DNA of 64,000 bases from Schizochytrium sp. TIO01 (Eukaryota > Protista > Bigyra: Labyrinthulomycetes): positions 496,001 through 560,000 of the forward strand of contig SMSO01000007.1 of NCBI GenBank assembly GCA_004764695.1, read 5' to 3'. Numbering within the stretch: position 1 is the stretch's first letter; each line of letters begins with the position of its first letter. A program made the position numbers and the translations under genes. Shown piece after piece: positions 56,601 through 64,000 of the stretch. The notes under the pieces are model-generated. The model was given only the letters and a program-made list of their open reading frames with translations. It was not told where the DNA came from and searched no databases.

Positions 56601-57499
56601 TCGCACAACAACTACTTTCGTAAACCATACCTAGTATAATAGTAGGCTTCGTCCACTTTGAGCCTCGTTGCAGAGGACCCTCCGCAACTGGTATACTTTG
56701 CCAATCGGCCTATTCCTGACCCGGTCACTACCTCAGGACGATAGTACTGCTTCTGTTGCTGTCGTCTGGTATTTGTCGCTGTCACGCGGAGAGTAGGAGG
56801 GCCCAGAGAGCGCAAGTGACTCGTTCATTTGATTCGAAATCAGGTTCACCTTTTAAAAAAGTTTCGATAAACCAAAAATCACCTCGAATAGAACAAAACC
56901 TCGAATAGAAAACAGGTCACCAAAACCATACATAAGCGCGCGAATAAAGCGCCGAGGAGACAAAGCAGTTGCGGATCGGTTGCGGCGATAGTGAGCACCT
57001 TGGGCTCAGCGCATCATCCCGTGCTCGTGGCTGCCAACTTCTATTGTCCGCTTGCTCGAGGCTCGTTGTGGTGGCTGACGTTCTTCTGCTGCGGCCTCAA
57101 GACGTGGAGGCGGACTCGTGTGGAGCAGCAGCACCTGTGCCAAGTAGAGACAAACTCCTAGCTTTACGGTGTCGTACATTAGAGTTGTTTGACCAAGGTT
57201 GCTCTACACTGCATCTGCATCGCATAACTTTCTTGTTTCGTTCTTCACTGGGAATCCCGTATTTTGCACTGCACTTCAGAAGTGCTTCATTCATTCATTA
57301 TTCCGTTCGTTCTTGTCACCACAAGGCTCCACTGCATTGACTTACTTTGCAATAATATTGACTTTATTGGTTTGTCTTGACATTGACAAGTTTGGCACAG
57401 CATATTCTTTACTCTACGTTGGACTGCAGCTCTTGTGTGTGTAATAAAGTTGGACGACCACTTTGGATTTGTGGTATTCTTGGTGGGGAGTGGTAGGCC

Positions 57500-59524
57500 A
57501 TGGTGCAGCTGCCGCTCTCGCAAGAGAGCTCTCGTGAAGATGCTTTGATTGTAGAGAGAAAACTGAGGAGACTATTCAAGGCCCTTGATGCAGAAGGCAC
57601 AGGACTCGTACCTCGCGATGCAGCGTTGAGGTTGATTAGAGCTGTCCTGGGCGCTGAGGATCTGGACATTGAAGCTCTTCACAAATTATGCCCTCTGCAA
57701 ATGTGTTCGGATGAACTACGTTACGATGAGTTCCGCGAACTGACGCAAGTTGCTGGAGCCTGGGTGGTCTTGGGGGATGTTGACAGAACACACTTTGAGC
57801 GACGATGGACGTCGATCACTGACCCAGAGAACAATTACACAATTGACTTTCCACTGCGTCGTATCACTTCATCTCCTCCAGGCGCAGGGGACCCGCTCAT
57901 GGATGAGGAAAATATCCAGGAGGACCCAGAAGGTAGCAAAGCCATGTTCACGGATAGGATCCAGCGATTGAGAATGGTTGAACCCGAGATCCGCACGCAA
58001 ATCTGCAAGAGGATTCTAGCAAACATTGACAACGCAGCGCCCATGACCGACCAACTTGCGCAACATATGCTCCGAGGTCACAGTGGACTGCGATTTGGCG
58101 CATCCAGGGGACGACCGACCAGACCGCGCTTCTCAGACGATTTCGTTGACTTCCCAGACCCCGATATTGACAGCAGTTCTTCAGAAAGTGAGAAAACAAG
58201 TGGTGATGGCGAACACCACCAAAACTTAGCCACTCTACCAAACACAAAGAAGGACGCTGTAGACAGCACTGTGTCCAGCCAGGAGCAGTCCAAGTTGCTT
58301 ATATCTAGAGAGAGCAGTGAAACCAATCAAGTTTTGTCAAACCCAAGTTTCACAAGTTCTCAAAAAGCATCATCTTCCCCCCACTCCTCCTCCTCCACCA
58401 CCACCGCCAGCAGCATCAATTCGACAAACACTGCCGGGGCAGTCTCAAGACTGAACGAGCCACCCGTATCGACTTTCAACTCAAAGTTGACGAGCCCAGA
58501 GGATTCCGCACCATGCGCCTCTTCAAACGATACCTGCAAAACTCATAGTGCAGAAAGTAGCAGTCAAAGCCCTGTCACCGGTGCCATGGGCGGTGCCAGT
58601 GAGAAAATGAACGCTCCAGTTCCCAACAACTCCATGTTGGATATTGTAAAATCCTTAACGTCCGGTGCTATCGCTGGTGCTACGGCTAAAACAGTGATTG
58701 CGCCTCTTGATCGGACAAAGATTATCTTTCAAACTACAGACCGGAAGTTCTCAGTACGCGCCGCAGCTATGGAGATGCGTCGCATCGTAGTGGAAGAAGG
58801 TGTACGTGGACTTTGGCGTGGGCACAGCGCTACGCTTTCCCGTGTAGCACCTTATGCCGCTTTGCAATTTGTATCTTTTGATTTTTACAAGGGCATGATG
58901 CTGCGAGATGGTGATTCACATTTAACCCCTTTGCGGCGGCTCATGGCGGGTAGTATGGCTGGTGCCACTTCTGTTTGCGCCACATATCCTCTTGACCTTT
59001 TACGTGCGCGCATGGCTGTGCAAAGTCGGGCACAGGGTGGAATGCGTCATAACTTCCGAGTAATCCTTCAAAGTGAAGGTGTGAGTGGTATGTATCGAGG
59101 CCTGGGACCCACTTTGTTTGGTATCGTTCCTTATGCAGGCCTTGCCTTCGGCACCTTTGAGACCCTTAAAATGATGGTTTCGCAACATTATGGTTCAGAA
59201 ACTGTGACTGCTGGGCAGCGGCTCGGGTGTGGAGCCCTGGCTGGCTTTGTAGCTCAGTCACTCACTTATCCTCTTGATATTGTCCGTCGCCGCATGCAGA
59301 CAGATGGTATGCATGCACTTCTTGAGACTGGTAAGCCAGGTCAACGCAAGTACTCTTCAATTTTGCAAACACTCACACATGTTGCACGTCATGAAGGTGT
59401 TGTGGGTGGTCTTTTCAAAGGTCTTTCTATGAACTGGGTTAAAGGACCTATCTCACACGGTATTAGCTTTACGACCTTTGATTTGATGAAGCGCTACCTG
59501 GATGTCCAGCCAGCACGGAAGTAA
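57500..59524 (+). CDS. Mitochondrial carrier (SLC25A42/Leu5-like CoA carrier) with N-terminal EF-hand-like extension, 674 aa
   Basis: Three carrier repeats with Px(D/E)xx(K/R) motifs (APLDRTK, YPLDLLRAR, YPLDIVRRRMQ). SGAIAGATAKTVIAPLDRTKIIFQ, LWRGHSATL and KGLSMNWVKGPI are SLC25A42-like. N-terminal LRRLFKALDAEGTGLV...LRYDEFREL is EF-hand-like. Confidence 0.88.
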   Translation: MVQLPLSQESSREDALIVERKLRRLFKALDAEGTGLVPRDAALRLIRAVLGAEDLDIEALHKLCPLQMCSDELRYDEFRELTQVAGAWVVLGDVDRTHFERRWTSITDPENNYTIDFPLRRITSSPPGAGDPLMDEENIQEDPEGSKAMFTDRIQRLRMVEPEIRTQICKRILANIDNAAPMTDQLAQHMLRGHSGLRFGASRGRPTRPRFSDDFVDFPDPDIDSSSSESEKTSGDGEHHQNLATLPNTKKDAVDSTVSSQEQSKLLISRESSETNQVLSNPSFTSSQKASSSPHSSSSTTTASSINSTNTAGAVSRLNEPPVSTFNSKLTSPEDSAPCASSNDTCKTHSAESSSQSPVTGAMGGASEKMNAPVPNNSMLDIVKSLTSGAIAGATAKTVIAPLDRTKIIFQTTDRKFSVRAAAMEMRRIVVEEGVRGLWRGHSATLSRVAPYAALQFVSFDFYKGMMLRDGDSHLTPLRRLMAGSMAGATSVCATYPLDLLRARMAVQSRAQGGMRHNFRVILQSEGVSGMYRGLGPTLFGIVPYAGLAFGTFETLKMMVSQHYGSETVTAGQRLGCGALAGFVAQSLTYPLDIVRRRMQTDGMHALLETGKPGQRKYSSILQTLTHVARHEGVVGGLFKGLSMNWVKGPISHGISFTTFDLMKRYLDVQPARK

Positions 59525-61593
59525 TCTGATTACTTCTTTTCTCGTTTTCGTTCTCAAACGTTTCTTTTTAATATCTATTTTGGTCAGAATCACACTTGTA
59601 CTAGTTCGGAACCGTACAATCGTTTAAATGACTACACCCATGTGTTTTTTTTCACATACTGCCTTTTCTATTATACCTTCTATGCATGGTGCATTGCATA
59701 GAGGAGAGAATGTCTTAGCACAGGATACTCAGATAAACCTGGTGTGAAGATGATTTATTCTTTCCCTGTTATTTGTTGTTGCAGCTGCATCAGGTTCCTG
59801 CTCTGTGAAATTCTGTGCTACTACTTTGCCTTGTGTGATAGTAATATGAAGCTCTCTGCGTGCAAAGTTCATCTTGATTGTTTTCGAAAATGGGCTGAAG
59901 CCGAGGCATCACGTTTGATAATGTGTTGATCAACAGCATTGGTGTGGGGACCACTCTGATGTGAGCCTGGCATAGTTTGTGTTATCCTTGGTTCGGAGAG
60001 TCTCCTCTCCTAAAGTCTTATGAGAGCCCCCTATAGGTCGCCATCAACTTTGCTCTTGTCTGTTTTTCATGATTTTAATCTGCAGATGATTCATTAATCG
60101 TTTACTTTTATTTTCTTCTCGTGTCTCATTCATAAATCAGATTTGTTTGCACAGCCTCATTTTTCACTGCTGCCTTTGGTCATCTCGGGGACAATGAACG
60201 AGTTTCAGGTTTTTAAATCAACATGTTTTAATCTTTTAGATCTTGCCCTCACTGTGGTTGTTTTCTAAATTATGAATTGCTATTAACAACAAGTTTTCTC
60301 TATTTTCTTAACAAAGCAACTTGTTCTTGTCGGTTGTATGTAAGCGCTTCTGAATTTAGATTGAATTCGGGTTATTGAGAAAAAGTAATCTTCAGGGTGC
60401 CTTTTGTCTTCCTGAAGTTTAGGCTATAGTACTTTCATGCTATGGATCACGAAAGGTCTGATGCTTTAAGAGTAAAAGGTTGTGAATTTGTCCGAGAAAG
60501 ACTGATTATGAGACGAAAAATTGGAATGCTTTCAGGTGCATATAGACGCCGTCTTTTGCTCAATCAGATGTTCAATATCATTTTGTACCACCTTGTAAGG
60601 TATTATTTTCTCTTGACCGAGTTTTTGAAGAGGTTGCACTTTTAAATCAGCGGTTATGTAACCATGCGGAGGATACCTCGCTAGAATTTAATTATATGCA
60701 ACAATATGGGAAAATTTAGTTAATCAAATAAGCCAAGAAAACTCACATTACAGATCGATTAAATGTAGTTAAGAAGAATCAGAGTGGCTAGTTGGGGGGG
60801 CAATGAACCTTACCTTTTAAGTTCTACATAGCACAAGCCTTCGTCTGCAGGATGCGATATAAAAATTTTTATATTGACCTTGGAATATTTTTTACCTGTC
60901 AAAACATCGTTGAGTCCTCACATATTTCAGTTTCAATCTGAGAGTCACCGTTATGTCTTTGTATTACGTAAAGCAAGATTAGGAATACCCTTTCCCCTTT
61001 GACACAAGATTGACAGCGCACATGTTCAGTGTGCGGACCCTTATATCCTCTCAAGTTCTATCTTCGTGTGCGTACTCTCATCCAAGTACAGAAATAGGAT
61101 CATGGGATAATTTCCATGCCACCTACTGGATGGCTAAAGATCTGTGATACCTAACTAAGAAATGCTTTTTGGTACTTGAGTAGAGATTTGTTTTGAAGCG
61201 AGTTTATGTCGTCGATAGCCCACTCTTAAATAGCCTTTACAAGACGCCGCTGTATTGAAGCAACAAATAGTGGGGTTTACGTGAAGTACCTTTTGCCCTC
61301 ACACTCAAGATACTAGAAAGCATTGTATTTCTTTCTTTTTCTTTCCTTTGTACGATTTTTTACTATTCAAGTTGCTTTTTTCTCCTCCTGGTCTCAAGTC
61401 AGGAATCGGGAACTCTTTGCCATTTTTTTTTCATCTAAAGTATCTTTAAAACGTTTTTACATTTTGAGAAAACAAAAAGATAGTCAGAGTAAGAAAGCAA
61501 AGCAAGAAAACAAAAAACAAAAGAATGAATTACTTTAAAACTTTTAAATTAAAAAAAGCTTTCCTCGCTTAATTTCCTCTTCTTTCCGAAAAT

Positions 61594-61909
61594 AAAAGTT
61601 TTTTTCAGAGGTGACATCGTTCATCCTCCCTCTGAAATTTTCTTTCTTTTGATTTTATTGTTTTCGAGGACGCTAGATCTCATTTTCTTGCTTTCTTCAA
61701 TCTCTCTCTCCACCATTCCCAGTTCTGACGTCTTATCAGTGATCAGGATCAGAGGGAAACAAGAACTGGGAATGGTAGGGAAAGGGGGATTCAAGGAAAG
61801 GGACAATTCTCGTTTCGAAAAAGAAAGTGCCCTCGAAAACAATAAAGTTGAGAGAAAGAAAATTTGCGGTCGGCCATCTTAGATGTCACGTCTGAAAAGT
61901 TTTACTTTT
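61594..61909. repeat. ~315-bp imperfect fold-back (long inverted repeat)
   Basis: Nested complementary blocks: TCAGAGGTGACATC/GATGTCACGTCTGA; AAATTTTCTTTC/GAAAGAAAATTT; TTTATTGTTTTCGAGG/CCTCGAAAACAATAAA; ACCATTCCCAGTTCT/AGAACTGGGAATGGT. Confidence 0.85.
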
Positions 61910-61915
61910 GTCATT

Positions 61916-62125
61916 TTCATTTCTTTCGAGGTAAAAGATTTTGATCTCTCTTCCTTAAAAGGTTTTGAGGTGTGCAAATGAAAAGATCACTTTCTGATTT
62001 TTGTAAAAGCTGAAAGGGGGGAAGTTCATTTCTTTCAAGGTAAAAAAATTACACTTAAAAGATTTTTGAGGTACGCAAAACGGAAAGATCGCTTTCAGGT
62101 TCTGGTAAAGCTGAAAGGGGGAAAG
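61916..62125 (+). repeat. Imperfect tandem duplication, two units of ~100-110 bp
   Basis: Units start at 61916 and 62025. Shared blocks: TTCATTTCTTTC(G/A)AGGTAAAA...CTTAAAAG...TTTTGAGGT..GCAAA...AAAGATC.CTTTC...GTAAA(A)GCTGAAAGGGGG. Confidence 0.85.
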
Positions 62126-62352
62126 GACAATCACGCTTGCTCAACCAAAACGAGTGCCCCTCTCAAATTGAAGCACGCGTAATCGACATGTTTGGATTTC
62201 TATCGATCGAGCGCGTTGCGTTTTTTCCTGAGATCTGTCGGTCTGGCTAGATCTAGGATGTGTAATCCCCTGGTTGAGTGAAAGTGGGTGTTTCGTTGCA
62301 GGCAAATCCGGAATTCTGTCAGCACGTGCAGAGTTTAAGAAGATAAACAAGG

Positions 62353-62781
62353 ATGGCTCTGCGCCCCGAGAAGCCGTCGAATCTCGTACGGAGACCTTCA
62401 ACGAGGTCTATTGTTGGTGCTTTTGAGAGAGTGTTGACTGTTTCTCGGAATTTGCAAGAGAAAACTGGTGAATTGGCTTCGAAATTGAAGGTTCTTGAAG
62501 CCCGTGTGCATGAAATTCGACCTTCCATTAATCCTTCCTTGGCCCCGGCCATTGATGCAGCAGTGAGAGGAGACGAAAAAGCACAGAAGATTGTACGAGA
62601 GAGTGAATCCAAAGTTCCTCTGTGTCAGAAAAGGGCGGTCGCGGCGTACACAGCCGCAAGCCACTCTCTCTTTCGTGTCCTTGCAGACACTGCAGCACTG
62701 GAGGAAACAAAGACAGAGTGTGCACTCTTAGTCTCTCAGGCACTCTCCCTTTTCCAAGTTGTTGAAGGTGAACACGATTGA
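62353..62781 (+). CDS. Helical/coiled-coil ORF1 (142 aa), homologous to the N-terminal part of downstream ORF2
   Basis: ATG at 62353. KLKVLEARVHEIRPSINPSLAPAIDAAVRGDEKAQKIVRES aligns with ORF2 RLRELENDLKELKKELPDGAALVLVDVLNGDVTFENAKEDVREN. Confidence 0.5.
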   Translation: MALRPEKPSNLVRRPSTRSIVGAFERVLTVSRNLQEKTGELASKLKVLEARVHEIRPSINPSLAPAIDAAVRGDEKAQKIVRESESKVPLCQKRAVAAYTAASHSLFRVLADTAALEETKTECALLVSQALSLFQVVEGEHD

Positions 62782-64000
62782 TAGGCCGTCCATTAGTGAA
62801 ATCGTTAAGAGTGTGAAAGGGCTTGAAACGAGGCAAGAAGAAGAAGAAGAAGAAGAAGAAGAAGAAGAAAAGGAGAAAGCAATGCCCTTTCCTCGTCTCT
62901 CAAGAAAGAAAGCCAAGCACGGCTTGTCTGCGCCCCTTCACGCGAAAGGGGACGGGACCACTCGGGATCGAGGTGTTGGAGCTCGGACGGGAGCTCGGAC
63001 GGGAGACGCAGGCGGACTCGAGCCAATCCTTGGAGCAATGGTGACAAGCAACCGACTTAGCACGAGCAGTCGCTCATCGCAGCGAACTGACAACGCGGGG
63101 ATGCTTAACCGACTTGCCCTCTATCATGACCGTCTAAAAACTGAACAAGCTAGACTTCGAGAACTTGAAAATGATTTGAAAGAGCTGAAAAAGGAGCTAC
63201 CTGACGGTGCTGCTCTTGTCCTTGTTGATGTTTTAAATGGGGACGTTACGTTTGAGAATGCAAAAGAAGACGTGAGGGAAAATACGAATTTAGAGAATCG
63301 AGAAAAGGGTTTTTTTCTTGACGCTCTGCGCATAGCAAAGAAGATCCTTCAATTGGAATCTGAAATCGGGAAAATCGAGGGAAAGATTGAGGAATTTGAG
63401 TCTGGAGGCGGTGAAGAAGGAGAAAGCATTTCGCGTTTCTCCGGATCAGTTTGGGAATCCCTTGGGTGCGCTTTACCTGAAATTACTCACGATCCTTCTT
63501 TACCCGTATCAAACACGAATATCTCAAATACGGATAACTATCCTTTTGCCCCGAAGACTGTCCAGGGGATTGACTGGGATAATTTCATGGCATACTGCGC
63601 AGATAAAGGACATTTGGAAAAACTTCAGCAAGAATCAACTAATGAAAGTGTTGGTGATTTACTTGAGAGGTCAATGCGCTCTCTTTATATAAAGTCTGAG
63701 AGTTCCGTTGGACTTTGTTTTTCACAAGTTTTCCAAGCAGTCATCTCTACTCTAGACTTCATTCCAAAAAACCTCCGCTACACGTCTGACAAGTCCTCGA
63801 CGGGTGGTCTTCGACCAGATTTTATTATTGGTACCGTCAGAGATGGGGTTACAGTACCTATAAATCCCTTGCTTGTGGGTGAACTGAAGAGTTACAGTTC
63901 AGATTCTGAACCATTTTATTTCCGTTGGTGTGAAAGGGATGGACATGACCCTGAACGATGCCCTAATCGTGCTCATTCTGAGAGGCACACGAATGTGTCC
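62732..64000 (+). CDS. ORF2, truncated by the window end: coiled-coil header + PD-(D/E)xK restriction-endonuclease-like domain (Crinkler/CR-REase-like)
   Basis: Absent from the ORF track because it has no stop. The frame is open from 62732 (after TAG 62729-62731) to 64000, i.e. 423 codons; first ATG at 62882. Translation includes KSESSVGLCFSQVFQAVISTL...GLRPDFIIG...PLLVGELKS, an E...PD...ExK arrangement. Confidence 0.7.

Noticed and set aside
62750-62815. KLLKVNTIDRPSISEIV as a protein-kinase subdomain XI remnant
   Set aside because: No upstream kinase motifs (HRD, DFG, APE); better explained as the duplicated unit shared with the ORF1 N-terminus.

Overview
Eukaryotic (protist) genomic DNA, most consistent with a thraustochytrid/labyrinthulomycete stramenopile. 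This is inferred from long intron-free CDSs, GC-rich coding islands in AT-rich spacers and abundant (AAGC)n/(AAAG)n/(TTGCA)n microsatellites; it is not proven. Eleven intact protein genes can be supported: a mitochondrial-type PEPCK-like pseudoenzyme, an NPAT/Mxc-like LisH protein, a flavocytochrome b2 ending in PTS1 (SKL), a 3417-aa USP9/24/34-type deubiquitinase, a zf-PARP + PADR1 + Pol-beta 8-kDa-domain protein with no PARP catalytic domain, a variant DHHC (DHFC) palmitoyltransferase, a stand-alone EPSP synthase, an MCPH1-like four-BRCT protein, a probable peroxisomal enoyl-CoA isomerase, an RSL1D1-like protein, and an EF-hand-fused SLC25A42-like carrier. Accessory DNA includes a decayed Plavaka/CACTA-type transposase (42.2-43.3 kb). 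At the right end is a module the ORF track largely misses: a ~315-bp fold-back, a 2x ~105-bp tandem repeat, and two overlapping ORFs (+1 frame offset) that share a duplicated helical header and lead into a PD-(D/E)xK nuclease-like domain running off the window. The best candidates for undescribed biology are this terminal module, the catalytic-less PARP-sensor/Pol-beta-lyase fusion, and the NPAT-like protein. All family assignments come from motif recognition by eye; no database search was run.
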